A stretch of 64,000 nt of DNA from the NCBI GenBank assembly GCA_031261985.1, contig JAISIR010000008.1:2122-66121 (forward strand). The letters are read 5' to 3'. The DNA comes from Clostridiales bacterium. Lineage in GTDB: Bacteria > Bacillota > Clostridia > Monoglobales > WRBX01. Both the position numbers and the translations under genes were made by a program. The notes beneath the pieces were generated by a model. The model did not search any database. It saw nothing but the letters and a program-made list of their open reading frames with translations, and had not been told where the DNA came from. Every line of letters begins with the position of its first letter. Positions within the stretch are counted from its first letter, which is position 1. Below are positions 1 to 10,532 of the stretch, piece after piece.

Positions 1-36
1 TCTGTCATTCTCGGTTTGTGTAATAGCTGTTGACAT
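1..36 (-). CDS. 5' end of the next V/A-ATPase gene, probably subunit F (partial, runs off the window)
   Basis: ATG at 36 preceded by AGGTG; reads MSTAITQTENDR. Identity is inferred only from the usual H-I-K-E-C-F-A-B-D order. Confidence 0.35.
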   Translation of the reverse strand, partial: MSTAITQTENDR

Positions 37-75
37 AATTTTATCACCTGATATAATTTTAGTTGAATAGTTGGA

Positions 76-654
76 TTAATTTTTGCAATAATAATATATT
101 GGTGCCAGCCCAAAAACTTTGCGATTTGCAAGCTTCATAAGCTTGATAAGTTTTTGTTTATGGCTACTCTCGGGGTTGCGGAGTGAAAGGTTGACTTCTA
201 AAGATAAGATATTTTTTAGCAACTCGTCGGGCGTTTTATCGATGATAGCATTTGCATCCTTGGTAAATTGCTCATCTAAAATTGTATCAATATCGCGCGC
301 GTTTTTAGTAGAAGTATACTTATTTATCGCGCTAATGATTGCCGAGCTAAGTGTAATTGGCAATAGCTTATAATCGGTATTTTCGATAGCGTGTTCAAGC
401 GCAGAAACCTTGATGTTGCCATTGTTAAACAGATATTTTTGGTAATTTTGTATATTGCCCATAGTTGCCTTAATTATAACTTTTGCGTTGTGATAATCGC
501 TTTTTAAATGCTCGATATCTAGTACAAAAGGAATTTTTAACGACTCGATTAATTGCATATTCTTAGCAATATCATCGTGATTCGTCGATTTAACAGCGGA
601 GGCTCGAACCCTTGCAACAGCATTGGCATAATCTAGCTCGTTGTATTTTTTCAA
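76..654 (-). CDS. ntpC: V/A-type ATPase subunit C, unusually short (192 aa)
   Basis: DYANAVARVRA, DYHNAKVIIKA and C-terminal FGLAPIYYY motifs; lies after subunit E. Confidence 0.7.
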   Translation of the reverse strand: MKKYNELDYANAVARVRASAVKSTNHDDIAKNMQLIESLKIPFVLDIEHLKSDYHNAKVIIKATMGNIQNYQKYLFNNGNIKVSALEHAIENTDYKLLPITLSSAIISAINKYTSTKNARDIDTILDEQFTKDANAIIDKTPDELLKNILSLEVNLSLRNPESSHKQKLIKLMKLANRKVFGLAPIYYYCKN

Positions 655-666
655 GGTTGCAACCTC

Positions 667-1161
667 CTATTTAAATAGAATTTCGGACACGTTTGGCTCT
701 AGCTCTGGGCGCAAAAAGTCTGCGATTTCTGCAAAACTATAATTGTAAATTATTTTGTCGGACTTTATGATTACACCAAGATTATCGTCTAAATAAGTAA
801 CATCTAGGCTAGGTAAATGCTTGTGTTTGTCTACAATTTTAGTGATTAGTGTTTTATACTCGTCGGCGGACATGCTTGCAAAAAGCTTTAAACTATGTTC
901 AAAACAATCGTTTATTACGCCACGTTTTGCGCTCAAAATATCGTTTTTAACCTGCTGACGCTTTTGGCTCAAATGCTTTTCGTGATAATCTTGAGCTTTA
1001 AGTTCTGCCTCGTCGGTTAATTCAGATTTTATCTGCTCGATATCTGTAGCATTTTTCAGGCGAATACTAGATATTTCTTCGTCTGCTTCTTCAAAAATTA
1101 CATTGGCTTTTTCTTCGGCTTCTGCAATGATTTTATCGGTTATTTGAGTTAATTGGCTCAT
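667..1161 (-). CDS. ntpE: V/A-type ATPase subunit E
   Basis: Coiled-coil KIIAEAEEKANVIFEEA...ILSAKRGVI; follows subunit K; GGAGG-type RBS context; 4-nt overlap with K. Confidence 0.8.
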   Translation of the reverse strand: MSQLTQITDKIIAEAEEKANVIFEEADEEISSIRLKNATDIEQIKSELTDEAELKAQDYHEKHLSQKRQQVKNDILSAKRGVINDCFEHSLKLFASMSADEYKTLITKIVDKHKHLPSLDVTYLDDNLGVIIKSDKIIYNYSFAEIADFLRPELEPNVSEILFK

Positions 1162-1640
1162 ATTGTTATCCCCAAAATAATCAAGATAGAGGCAAGTAAT
1201 GCAAGCACGGCGTAGGTTTCTACCATGGCGGCAAATGTCATGCCTTTTGCGACTTCTTCTGGTTTTTGGTCGATTATTCCGATTGCGCTAGCGGCTGCTC
1301 TTGCTTGTGCGATAGCAGAGTAATATCCAACAAGTGCGATAGGTAAGCATGCGCCAAGGAATAATAGCCCTGTTAGTGATGAGATTTCTAGTGTTGCGCC
1401 GCCGATGATGCCTATTTTGTTAAGCATTACAAAGGCGGTTAAAAGTCCATAAATCCCTTGAGTGCCAGGAAGTGCCTGAAGTAGCAATGCTTGACCAAAA
1501 CGCTCTGGTTTCTCGGCGATTAATCCGCTTGCTGCCTCGCCAACTAAACCTACGCCGCGTGCAGAGCCTAAGCCTGTTAGAATAACCGCTATTGCTGCGC
1601 CTAAAATTGCTAAAAACTGACCGTTTGTGAAAATGTCCAT
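1158..1640 (-). CDS. ntpK: V/A-type ATPase proteolipid subunit K (Na+-binding signature)
   Basis: Four TM helices; GLGSARGVG, LPGTQGIYG, AIAQARA, MVETYAVLAL motifs. Confidence 0.95.
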   Translation of the reverse strand: MDIFTNGQFLAILGAAIAVILTGLGSARGVGLVGEAASGLIAEKPERFGQALLLQALPGTQGIYGLLTAFVMLNKIGIIGGATLEISSLTGLLFLGACLPIALVGYYSAIAQARAAASAIGIIDQKPEEVAKGMTFAAMVETYAVLALLASILIILGITI

Positions 1641-1719
1641 TGAAATTCTCCTTATTAAAAAAGTTTATATTCTGGGCAACTGGTGCTTGATTTAGCGAGC
1701 AGTTACCTTGTAAAATTAG

Positions 1720-3630
1720 CTATTTATGTTGTTCCTTAAAAGGGCTGAAAGGCTTACCGCCGCCTTCGTAAAATTTGCTGAAAAACTCGACATATTGTAA
1801 GCGCGAGGAGTGAACAAATGCGCTTAAAGTGCTAATAGCCAAGTTAAATACGTGGCCGACTATAAAGACAAGCGTTAAGATGATAGCACCTGTAACATTG
1901 GTGAATCCGCCGCCGAGCATGCCCATTGCGTTTATTACCATGGCAATTACGCCGGTAGAAAGCCCAAGCGCAAGCAGGCGAGAGTAGGACAGGATATCGC
2001 TTAAATACGCGACGATTCCGTATAGCGAGCCGATGCCTTTGAATAGCTTCATGAACCAATTTTTTGCGCTTCTGCCTTGAGTTAAAACTAGCACACTTGC
2101 GGCGCTGCCAGTTGTTATCATACCTATTTTGGGTTGGATAAAAGCGACGCCGATACCGATTAAGATGAAAATCCAGGTGAAACAATCGGCAATTGCATCT
2201 AGCCATTTACCCTGTTTAAAGTAGGCGAATGCTTGGATTGCTAGCCCAGCGATGATGTGAATTGCACCGACGGCAAAGGCGAAAGCAAGGAAGGGCATAG
2301 GGTTATCCATTGGGTTAAGCCATAGCGGGTTTATGTTGATGTTTAGTGCGGAAGTGAAAAAGTCGCCGAAGTATGAGCCAAAAATTATGCCCCAGAAAAT
2401 CGAGGAAATTCCACAAAAAACCATTAACATTAAAATTTTGTACATCGTGCCTTTTGGTTTAATTGCCCAAACGACTGCGCCGCAGATTATGCTCAAAAGC
2501 GCGCCATAGCCTACGTCTGAGAGCATTATTCCAAATAGAATAAAGTAGAAGAAGGATAAAACGGGGTCGGGGTCGGTCTCTTTGGGCTTTGGCAATCCAT
2601 ATAGTTCGGTAATTAGCTCGAAAGGACGAACAATCCAAGGATTTTTGAGCAAAACAGGAGGTTCTTCATCGGTTTCTATTGGTATAACTGCAACGTCAAT
2701 TGGATTTAATTTTCGTGTTAACGATTCGAGTTTTGAAGCTTCTATCCAACCGCTAAAAATGCAGGTAGATTCAGTTTCGATTATCATTTGCATAGTTTGA
2801 TATTGAGCTAATAAATTAGTGCTTTTACTTAGATATTTAGAAAATTCGGTAAGTTTATTTGTGTTGCTTTCCATTTTATCGCGTAAATTTTGGATATCAA
2901 TATTAAGTGAATTAATTTTTGCAGCGGCAGTTTTGATTAAATCTTTAGGGGTAGTGCAATTTAGCTCGTCTTGTAAATCGGTGAAATCTTGAGTTGTAAA
3001 ATCTTGGGCTTTAAGGTATTCAAAAATTGCATCAGAATCGGTAGAAAAATAGGTAATTGCAAGATAAGTTAGGCTATCGACTTTTGCGATTTCTTGCAAA
3101 TATGCGTTAAAATTATCCTCGATATTTGCCCTTAATTTATCGATATTATTTGTGTAGCCAAGGATTATTTTACAATTTTTAGTAGTGTGATTAAACGAGG
3201 CGTTCCAATTTTGATAAGGTGTGAGCGTTTTAATTGAAGCATTTAAGTAGTTGATTGATTGAGTTTTAGAGTGAATTTCGTCGTTATCGCTGATTATTTG
3301 AGCAAAATCATCTTTATAGCTAACAATATCACCTAAAATGGATTTAATCGAAGTTTTTGTATCAGAATTTGTAATGGTTTCTTTTGTTTTAGTGGAATTT
3401 TTAGGTTTATAAGTTTTAAGAATATTTATAGCATTTTTACAATTTAAAATTTTTTCTGAAAGTTGTTCAGATTTTTTATTAGCGTCGTTTATAAATTGCG
3501 ATTCATCGTTAAAATTTGTAGGTTCTAACTGAACTATGCCTAGTTTTTGAAGATAAGATAAAAAGTCTTTAGAGTTTGACTTTAAAGATATTATTTGAAT
3601 TTTTTGCATAGGTACTATCAATAAAATCAC
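1720..3630 (-). CDS. ntpI: V/A-type ATPase subunit I
   Basis: PPVLLKNP, FGIMLSDVGYG, DILSYSRLLALGL, HSSRLQYVEFFSKFYEGGG. The true start may be a few codons downstream. Confidence 0.95.
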   Translation of the reverse strand: MILLIVPMQKIQIISLKSNSKDFLSYLQKLGIVQLEPTNFNDESQFINDANKKSEQLSEKILNCKNAINILKTYKPKNSTKTKETITNSDTKTSIKSILGDIVSYKDDFAQIISDNDEIHSKTQSINYLNASIKTLTPYQNWNASFNHTTKNCKIILGYTNNIDKLRANIEDNFNAYLQEIAKVDSLTYLAITYFSTDSDAIFEYLKAQDFTTQDFTDLQDELNCTTPKDLIKTAAAKINSLNIDIQNLRDKMESNTNKLTEFSKYLSKSTNLLAQYQTMQMIIETESTCIFSGWIEASKLESLTRKLNPIDVAVIPIETDEEPPVLLKNPWIVRPFELITELYGLPKPKETDPDPVLSFFYFILFGIMLSDVGYGALLSIICGAVVWAIKPKGTMYKILMLMVFCGISSIFWGIIFGSYFGDFFTSALNININPLWLNPMDNPMPFLAFAFAVGAIHIIAGLAIQAFAYFKQGKWLDAIADCFTWIFILIGIGVAFIQPKIGMITTGSAASVLVLTQGRSAKNWFMKLFKGIGSLYGIVAYLSDILSYSRLLALGLSTGVIAMVINAMGMLGGGFTNVTGAIILTLVFIVGHVFNLAISTLSAFVHSSRLQYVEFFSKFYEGGGKPFSPFKEQHK

Positions 3631-3674
3631 CCTTTTTATAAAGAAGTTGAAGCAAGTAAATGCAAGGTATCGTA

Positions 3675-3995
3675 TTATTTATCGCAGAAATCGATAATCT
3701 TTTTCATGATAAATTCATATGCGTTCTCCATATTTTTTTGAGCTTTTTCGATTATATGAGTAGATTTTTCTTTGCCACTTTCTATAATTGCATCGGCTTG
3801 CATTTGCGCAATTTGCTTGTGTTTATCCATAATTTCGCTTGCTTTTTGCGCGCACTCTGTTTTTAATTCTTTAATCTTATTTTGTGCAATTTCGTTTGCG
3901 TCGGCAATTTTTTCTGCTGATATTTGTTTGGCATTGGCTACAATTACGTCAGCTTTATGCTCGGTTTTTTTAATTTCATCAATTATTTGTTCCAT
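3675..3995 (-). CDS. V/A-type ATPase subunit H/G (peripheral stalk)
   Basis: MEQIIDEIKKTEHKADVIVANAK coiled coil; GGAGG upstream of the ATG at 3995; first gene of the ATPase cluster. Confidence 0.75.
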   Translation of the reverse strand: MEQIIDEIKKTEHKADVIVANAKQISAEKIADANEIAQNKIKELKTECAQKASEIMDKHKQIAQMQADAIIESGKEKSTHIIEKAQKNMENAYEFIMKKIIDFCDK

Positions 3996-5140
3996 ACAAA
4001 ATCCTCCGCGGGTGTAGAGTAAAAACCAAATTCGTATAATAGGCAATCGACAATTCGACGTGAAGCGAAGCCGTCGCCATAAGGGTTTGTAGCTTTAGCC
4101 ATTTTGTTGTAAAACGCAGCGTTGTCTAATAATTTCTTGGATAATTCTAGAATTTTTGGCGTTTCGACACCAGCTAATTGCACCGTTCCACTTTCGACAG
4201 CTTCGGGACGCTCGGTTTCGGTTCGTAGCACTAAAACTGGCTTGCCAAGGGCAGGAGCTTCCTCTTGAAGTCCGCCACTATCCGTCATAATAAAGTAGGC
4301 TTTGTTCATTAAATTGTGTAAATCGCTTACGTTTAGCGGAGGCGTAAGATGTACGTTTGGAATGCCCTCTAAGGTAGCACGCACCGTGTTTTGAACGGCG
4401 GGATTAAGGTGGACGGGGTAGATAATCTCGATATCGTTGCCATAACTTTCTGCCAAAGTTTTAAGCGAGTCGCAGATGTTTTGCAAGGGTTGACCTAGGT
4501 TTTCGCGTCTGTGGGCGGTGACAACTATAATTTGTTTGGTATAATCGATATCGTTTAAAGGTTTATAATCAAAAGAATAGTTAGGGTATACCGTGGTTTT
4601 TAAGGCATCGATTACCGTGTTGCCAGTGATGTAGATATGGTTAGCGGGGCAGGCTTGCATAAGCAGATTGTGCTTATTTGCAGGCGTTGGGGCAAAATTG
4701 AAGTTAGACAGAATGCTAATAAGCTGGCGGTTGGCTTCCTCGGGGAAGGGTGAATAAAGGTTGTGAGTTCTAAGCCCAGCCTCGACATGACCGATTTTTA
4801 TTTTATTGTAAAATGCGCTCAAAGCTGCGGCGAACGAGGTTGTTGTATCGCCATGGACAAGGACAACGTCGGGCTGCGCTTTTTTAAAAACGTCGCTTAA
4901 CCCAGTTAAAACCTTCGACGTAATATCCTCTAACGTTTGGCTTTTTTGCATGATATCAAGGTCGTAATCGGGCGTAATATTAAAAATATTTAGCACTTGG
5001 TCTAGCATTTGTCTATGCTGAGCCGTGATGCAAACGGTAGATTCTATTCGCGGATTATTCCTCATCTCTAAAATTAATGGTGCCATTTTTATTGCTTCGG
5101 GACGCGTGCCAAAGACACTCATTATTTTAAGCTTATTCAT
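3983..5140 (-). CDS. wecB: UDP-N-acetylglucosamine 2-epimerase (non-hydrolysing)
   Basis: FGTRPEAIKMAP, VHGDTTT, HVEAGLRT, TDSGGLQEEAP, NPYGDG. Confidence 0.97.
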   Translation of the reverse strand: MNKLKIMSVFGTRPEAIKMAPLILEMRNNPRIESTVCITAQHRQMLDQVLNIFNITPDYDLDIMQKSQTLEDITSKVLTGLSDVFKKAQPDVVLVHGDTTTSFAAALSAFYNKIKIGHVEAGLRTHNLYSPFPEEANRQLISILSNFNFAPTPANKHNLLMQACPANHIYITGNTVIDALKTTVYPNYSFDYKPLNDIDYTKQIIVVTAHRRENLGQPLQNICDSLKTLAESYGNDIEIIYPVHLNPAVQNTVRATLEGIPNVHLTPPLNVSDLHNLMNKAYFIMTDSGGLQEEAPALGKPVLVLRTETERPEAVESGTVQLAGVETPKILELSKKLLDNAAFYNKMAKATNPYGDGFASRRIVDCLLYEFGFYSTPAEDFVWNK

Positions 5141-5171
5141 GTGATTTATCCCCTTTTTATATTAAAAAAGT

Positions 5172-6218
5172 TTATTCAGAACGATTGATTTCTTTAGTTT
5201 CTTTAAAATATATTCCGCCAGCGACAATTAATGCGAACACAGAAATTATTAAGATAATTGCGCGCCCGCCACCGTTTAGCATAAGCACGACTGCCGAAAG
5301 CGAAAGCAGTGAGCTAAGCGTGTAAAGTATGGTTACAGCTTGCTTTTGAGTAAATCCGCGGTCAATAAGGCGGTGGTGCATGTGCCCTCTATCGGGCGTC
5401 ATTGGCGATTGACCTTTTGCCAAGCGACGGAAGATTGCGAAGACGGTGTCGAATATTGGTAATGCTAAAATTAGGAACGGAACTGCGAACGATAACAACG
5501 CATAAACCTTGAATAATCCTAGCAATGATATGCACGCCAACATGTATCCTAAAAACATCGAGCCGGTATCGCCCATGAAAATTTTGGCGGGGTAGAAGTT
5601 GAACGGAATAAAGCCAAAACCGCTGCCAGCAAGTGCGATTGAGAGTATTGCGATGCCGCTTTCGTTCATTATAATGGATATTACTAGCAGCGAAATGGCT
5701 GTGATTGAGGAAACGCCTACCGCTAGACCATCAAGACCGTCTATTAAGTTAACTGCGTTGGTTATGCCGATTATCCAAATTAGGGTAATGGGAATGCTCC
5801 AAAAACCTAGGTTTATATAGCTTTCGGTGTTGAAAGGGTTGGTGAAAAATTCGATTGTTACACCGTGTAAAATTACAACCGAAGCAGCGATTATCTGAAA
5901 TAATAGTTTACTCCAAGCGGGGAGATTTGTCAAATCGTCGATGACGCCAACGGTGACGATTATAACAGCTCCAAGGAGGATTCCTCTGATAGGGATAGTT
6001 ATATCACAAAAACAAAGAATAGCAATTAAAAAACTATAAAATATTGCCAAACCACCAAGGCGAGGGATGGGGTGGTTATGAACGCGACGGCTATCCTTAG
6101 GGATATCCATGGCTCCGATGCGCTCGGCAAAAATTTTGACAATTGGAGTTGTGGCAAAAGCGAGCAAAAATGCGACAATAAAGGTAAAAATTAATCGGAT
6201 ATTATCTAATGCAATCAT
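5172..6218 (-). CDS. MraY/WecA/TagO-family undecaprenyl-phosphate GlcNAc-1-phosphate transferase
   Basis: GVIDD, NAVNLIDGLDGLA, IFMGDTGS, PDRGHMHHRL; multi-TM. Confidence 0.92.
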   Translation of the reverse strand: MIALDNIRLIFTFIVAFLLAFATTPIVKIFAERIGAMDIPKDSRRVHNHPIPRLGGLAIFYSFLIAILCFCDITIPIRGILLGAVIIVTVGVIDDLTNLPAWSKLLFQIIAASVVILHGVTIEFFTNPFNTESYINLGFWSIPITLIWIIGITNAVNLIDGLDGLAVGVSSITAISLLVISIIMNESGIAILSIALAGSGFGFIPFNFYPAKIFMGDTGSMFLGYMLACISLLGLFKVYALLSFAVPFLILALPIFDTVFAIFRRLAKGQSPMTPDRGHMHHRLIDRGFTQKQAVTILYTLSSLLSLSAVVLMLNGGGRAIILIISVFALIVAGGIYFKETKEINRSE

Positions 6219-6279
6219 TTTAACACGTCCTTGAAATTGTGATATTGTAAGATGTTGAGCATTTTGCAGATTTTTAGGG

Positions 6280-7275
6280 TTAAAACCCTATTACTTCGTA
6301 TACTTTATCTAAAGTTTTTTGTGCCAAAACTTGAGCTTTTATCGAAGACTCGGTATAGACTTTTTGAACATAATCGGGGTTGGAATCTAGCTCTTTATAA
6401 CGTTGCTGAAGAGGGCGTAATTCCTCGACAATTGCCTCGGCTAGGGCAGATTTAAACGCGCCATAACCTTTGCCATCAAACTCGTTTTCGACATCGCTAG
6501 TAGATATATTATTTATTGTTGCGTACATGGTGATAAGGTTATTAATTGCAGCCTTTTCGGGGTTATTATCGTCAAATTTCACCTCGTTTAGACTATCGGT
6601 AATTGCGCGCTTAACTTTTTTAACGATAACATCGGGCTCGTCTAAAATTGCGACGTAACCGTTGGTGTTTGGGTCGGATTTAGACATCTTATTTTCGGGC
6701 GATTGAAGGCTCATAATTCTTGCACCAACCTTAGGAATATAGCCGTCGGGCATGGTAAATACGTCACCATAAATTCCGTTAAAGCGGTTAGCAATGTTGC
6801 GGCAAAGCTCTAAATGTTGCTTTTGGTCGGCACCGACGGGGACTAAATCGGCTTGATACAACAGGATATCGGCTGCCATTAAAACGGGGTAAGTGAATAA
6901 ACCTGCGTTAACTCCTGCGTTATCTTGCTTGGCGGTTTTATCTTTAAATTGAGTCATGCGCGAAAGCTCACCTAAATTGCAATAGCAATCCAAAATCCAG
7001 CCTAATTGAGCATGTTGTGGAACGTCGGATTGGAAAAAGACTAGATTATTGCCACCTGCTAAGCCTGCAGCGATGAAGATTTTTAGAATTTCCATGCGAC
7101 GTTGGCGAAAAGTTTGAGGGTCTTGGCGGACGGTGATAGAGTGTAAATCTGCGATGAAAAATATATTTTTATAGTCTTTATTAGCTTGCAAATCTACCCA
7201 GTTTTTAAGTGCGCCTAAGTAATTTCCTAAGGTTAGCTGACCAGACGACTGAATGCCGCTTAAAATTGTTTTCAT
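6280..7275 (-). CDS. trpS: Tryptophan--tRNA ligase
   Basis: LTLGNYLGA (HIGH-like), YPVLMAADILLY, VPVGADQKQHLE, KMSKS. Confidence 0.97.
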   Translation of the reverse strand: MKTILSGIQSSGQLTLGNYLGALKNWVDLQANKDYKNIFFIADLHSITVRQDPQTFRQRRMEILKIFIAAGLAGGNNLVFFQSDVPQHAQLGWILDCYCNLGELSRMTQFKDKTAKQDNAGVNAGLFTYPVLMAADILLYQADLVPVGADQKQHLELCRNIANRFNGIYGDVFTMPDGYIPKVGARIMSLQSPENKMSKSDPNTNGYVAILDEPDVIVKKVKRAITDSLNEVKFDDNNPEKAAINNLITMYATINNISTSDVENEFDGKGYGAFKSALAEAIVEELRPLQQRYKELDSNPDYVQKVYTESSIKAQVLAQKTLDKVYEVIGF

Positions 7276-7320
7276 TTGTTAAACATCCTTTTTGTAAGAT
7301 TTTGCAGAATAACTTATAAA

Positions 7321-8529
7321 TTAACCTACTATTTTTGATAAAATGCCGATGCCTTCCTCGATTTTATCTAGCGGAGATGCGGAAAAGTTAAGTCTAAATG
7401 AGGAAGTGGAATCGGTAGAGTTAGGCAAAAATCCGTTGCCGCTTACAATACAAACGCCTAAGTCGAGAGCTTCTTTTGCGAGAGTTGCGCTATCTTTTTT
7501 GCCACCATAGCACCACAAAAAGAGTCCACCATCTGGTTTAGTCGCTTTAATTCCACTATTTTTAGGGAATAATCTATCAATGCAATTTAACATATGGCTA
7601 CATTGCTTGGAATAATGGGCGTTGCACTTGCTGATATGTTTATTCAAATCAAAATTTTCGATATAATCGTTAACTATCATTTGCGGAATAAGCGGGGTAT
7701 GAACATCTTGCACTTGCTTGCAAACCGTCATTTTATCGATAATCTCGCGCGGTGCAATTGCGTAACCCACCCTTAAACCAGGCGATAAAATTTTAGAGAA
7801 CGAGCCAGTGTAAATTACGTTGCCGCGGTTTTGCGCCTCGCGCTCTAGTTGCATAATTGTTGGAAGACTAGGGGTTGAGGGGTTAAATTTAAGGTCGCCA
7901 TAAGGATTATCTTCTAATATATATACGTTAAATTTATAAGCAAGGTCGATAATTTGCTTGCGTTTTTGAAGCGAAGTTGTAACGCCCATGGGGTTTTGAA
8001 AAGTGGGAATGACATAAATGAACTTTATATTTTTATTGGTTGTTAAGGTTTTTTCTAGAGCTTCGATATCCATTCCGGCGTTTTGCATAGGAACGCCATA
8101 AAGGTTGGCACCAAACGAGCGAAAAGCGTTTAACGCGCCAAGGAATGAAGGGTTTTCGACAACGACACCATCGCCTTCGTTAAGTAGAATCATGGCGGTT
8201 AAATTTATGGCTTGCTGACCGCCTGAAGTTACTAAAATTTGAGGAGAATCTTGGTTTTCGCTAGTATTATCTAATATATTTTGTTCGGTAGCTCGATTGC
8301 GAATTTTTTCGATTAGGGGGGCGTAACCCTCGGTAATTCCATAGTTTAAAGCTTTTGCGGGGTTAGTGTTAAGGATATTTTGAGCGATGCTTGCAAATTC
8401 GTCGGCAGGGTAAAAAGCGGAAGAAGGCATGCCACCAGCAAAAGAAATTATTTTATTATTAGCAAGTGCTTTAAAGGTATCGCGAATTGATGAACCACTT
8501 AAATTGGCAGTTTTATTAGAGAATTCCAA
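7321..8529 (-). CDS. PLP-dependent class I/II aminotransferase (2-aminoadipate/aromatic transaminase-like)
   Basis: ISFAGGMP, PTFQNPMG, ILEDNPYG, GSFSKILSPGLRVG (PLP lysine). Confidence 0.9.
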   Translation of the reverse strand: MEFSNKTANLSGSSIRDTFKALANNKIISFAGGMPSSAFYPADEFASIAQNILNTNPAKALNYGITEGYAPLIEKIRNRATEQNILDNTSENQDSPQILVTSGGQQAINLTAMILLNEGDGVVVENPSFLGALNAFRSFGANLYGVPMQNAGMDIEALEKTLTTNKNIKFIYVIPTFQNPMGVTTSLQKRKQIIDLAYKFNVYILEDNPYGDLKFNPSTPSLPTIMQLEREAQNRGNVIYTGSFSKILSPGLRVGYAIAPREIIDKMTVCKQVQDVHTPLIPQMIVNDYIENFDLNKHISKCNAHYSKQCSHMLNCIDRLFPKNSGIKATKPDGGLFLWCYGGKKDSATLAKEALDLGVCIVSGNGFLPNSTDSTSSFRLNFSASPLDKIEEGIGILSKIVG

Positions 8530-8584
8530 GGTTTATATCGCCTCTTTTAAATAAAATAACATTAAATTATAATTACACATACAA

Positions 8585-8613
8585 ATTGTATCACATTAAA
8601 AAATAAAATGCAA
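8585..8613 (-). promoter_or_regulatory. sigma-A promoter for the aminotransferase-trpS unit
   Basis: TTGCAT-N17-TACAAT on the minus strand. Confidence 0.6.
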
Positions 8614-8617
8614 GCCC

Positions 8618-8646
8618 TTGACACAAAAAAAGTATTATGATATAAT
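8618..8646 (+). promoter_or_regulatory. sigma-A promoter for gatCAB
   Basis: TTGACA-N17-TATAAT with extended TG. Confidence 0.8.
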
Positions 8647-8687
8647 TTTATAGGTCTATAAAGATTATTAAAAGGAGTGTGCGATTC

Positions 8688-8978
8688 GTGGAAATTAACA
8701 TTGAATATATCGCGAATTTGGCAAGGCTAGACAACCCTTCGACGACGGAGGAAGCTAATAAATTACGCAAGGATATGACCGAGATTATTGGTATGGTGGA
8801 TAAAATGAGCGAGGTTGACACGACTGGCGTTGAACCGACGAATCATGCCGCCCCCATGCAAAATGTGTTTAGGAAAGACGAGCTTAAACCTTCGTTCGCG
8901 CGTGATGAGATGCTTGCTAATGCGCCCGAGAGTGTTGCGGGGTGCTATAGTGTGCCGAGTGCGGTGGAAGATGCTTGA
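8688..8978 (+). CDS. gatC: Asp/Glu-tRNA amidotransferase subunit C
   Basis: IEYIANLARL, VDTTGVEPT, NVFRKDE. GTG at 8688 after AGGAG is the likely start. Confidence 0.93.
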   Translation: MEINIEYIANLARLDNPSTTEEANKLRKDMTEIIGMVDKMSEVDTTGVEPTNHAAPMQNVFRKDELKPSFARDEMLANAPESVAGCYSVPSAVEDA

Positions 8979-9053
8979 TAGGCTGGAATCAATATTTTCA
9001 ATGATGAAATGTAAACTGATATAAATTTTTACTTTAAGAAAGAGGGTTAAACC

Positions 9054-10532
9054 TTGGAATTGTATACCAAAACCGCCCACGAGTTGCATAAAATGCTAGT
9101 TGATAAAGATGTTACAAGTGTAGAGATTACCGAAAGTTTTATCGATAGAATAAATGAGGTTGAGCCAAAGGTTGACGCGTTTATTGCTACTACTTTTGAA
9201 ACTGCTTTAGAAACCGCGAGTAAAGCTGACGAGAAAATTCAAAAGGGTGAAGAGATTTCTGCCTTAGAGGGTTTGCCGATGGCTTTGAAGGACAATATGT
9301 CTACTAAAGGCGTGGCGACGACGAGCGCGTCTAAAATGCTAGAGAATTACGTGCCACCTTACGATGCGACCGTGGTTAAAATACTTAAAGAAAACAATAT
9401 CCCTATTTTAGGTAAGACTAATATGGACGAGTTTGCAATGGGTTCTTCGACTGAGACTTCGTACTTTAAAAAGACTAAGAATCCTTACGATTTGCAACGG
9501 ATTCCAGGTGGTTCTAGTGGTGGCTCGGCAGCTTCTGTCAGTGCTAACGAGGCTGTGTTTGCGCTAGGGTCTGATACCGGTGGAAGTATTCGCCAGCCTG
9601 CGTCGTGCTGTGGAGTAGTTGGTTTGAAGCCCACTTATGGCACGGTTTCGCGCTTTGGATTGTTTGCGTTTGCATCGTCGTTGGATCAAATTGGACCTTT
9701 TGCAAAAGATGTTACCGATGCTGCTAATATTTTTAATTTGATTTCGGGGCATGATAGCTTCGATTCTACATCGATTAATATGGAATATCCTGATTATACC
9801 TCTAGTTTAAAAGCCGATGTTAAGGGTTTAAAAATTGGTGTTCCGCAAGAGTTTTTAGGCGATGGAATAAATGTTGAAGTAAAAAATGCTATCTTAAAAG
9901 CGTGCGATAATTATAAGGCGTTGGGTGCAGAGGTTGAGACTTTTTCGCTACCGTTGACTGATTATTTTATTCCTATTTATTACGTAATCTGTTGTGCCGA
10001 GGCTAGCTCTAATTTAGCGCGTTATGATGGTGTTAAATATGGCTACAGGGCGGATAAATTTAGTGATTTAACTGATTTGTATAAAAAGACTAGGTCGCAA
10101 GGGTTTGGTGCCGAAGTTAAGCGTAGGATAATGCTTGGAACTTACGTGCTTTCGAGCGGATATTACGATGCCTACTATAAAAAAGCGCAACAGATGAGGA
10201 CTATTATTAGAAATAATTTTGCCGATGCGTTTAAGAAGTATGATTTAATTTTGACACCGACAGCTCCGACGACTGCCTTTAAAATGGGCGAAAAAATAGA
10301 CGACCCAGTGCAAATGTATTTGGCTGATATATGCACGGTTGTAGTTAATATCGCTGGGCTGCCAGGAATGTCGATGCCTTGTGGTGTAGATAGTGAGGGA
10401 TTGCCGATTGGTATGCAATTGATAGGAAATTCCTTTGCTGAGCCTACAATATTTAGGGCAGGGTTTGCATTCGAGCAAGCAGGATTCTCTAAAATTCCTT
10501 TGCCTACTTTTAAAAACGGAGGTGCAAACTAA
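9054..10532 (+). CDS. gatA: Asp/Glu-tRNA amidotransferase subunit A
   Basis: Amidase signature [35 protein letters not shown]. Confidence 0.97.
   Translation: MELYTKTAHELHKMLVDKDVTSVEITESFIDRINEVEPKVDAFIATTFETALETASKADEKIQKGEEISALEGLPMALKDNMSTKGVATTSASKMLENYVPPYDATVVKILKENNIPILGKTNMDEFAMGSSTETSYFKKTKNPYDLQRIPGGSSGGSAASVSANEAVFALGSDTGGSIRQPASCCGVVGLKPTYGTVSRFGLFAFASSLDQIGPFAKDVTDAANIFNLISGHDSFDSTSINMEYPDYTSSLKADVKGLKIGVPQEFLGDGINVEVKNAILKACDNYKALGAEVETFSLPLTDYFIPIYYVICCAEASSNLARYDGVKYGYRADKFSDLTDLYKKTRSQGFGAEVKRRIMLGTYVLSSGYYDAYYKKAQQMRTIIRNNFADAFKKYDLILTPTAPTTAFKMGEKIDDPVQMYLADICTVVVNIAGLPGMSMPCGVDSEGLPIGMQLIGNSFAEPTIFRAGFAFEQAGFSKIPLPTFKNGGAN

Noticed and set aside
30-44. TTGACATAATTTTAT matching the 55509/55556 repeat
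   Set aside because: On the minus strand it is simply the AAAATT-ATG-TCA start context of a Met-Ser-Thr gene, so probably convergence of start sequences.
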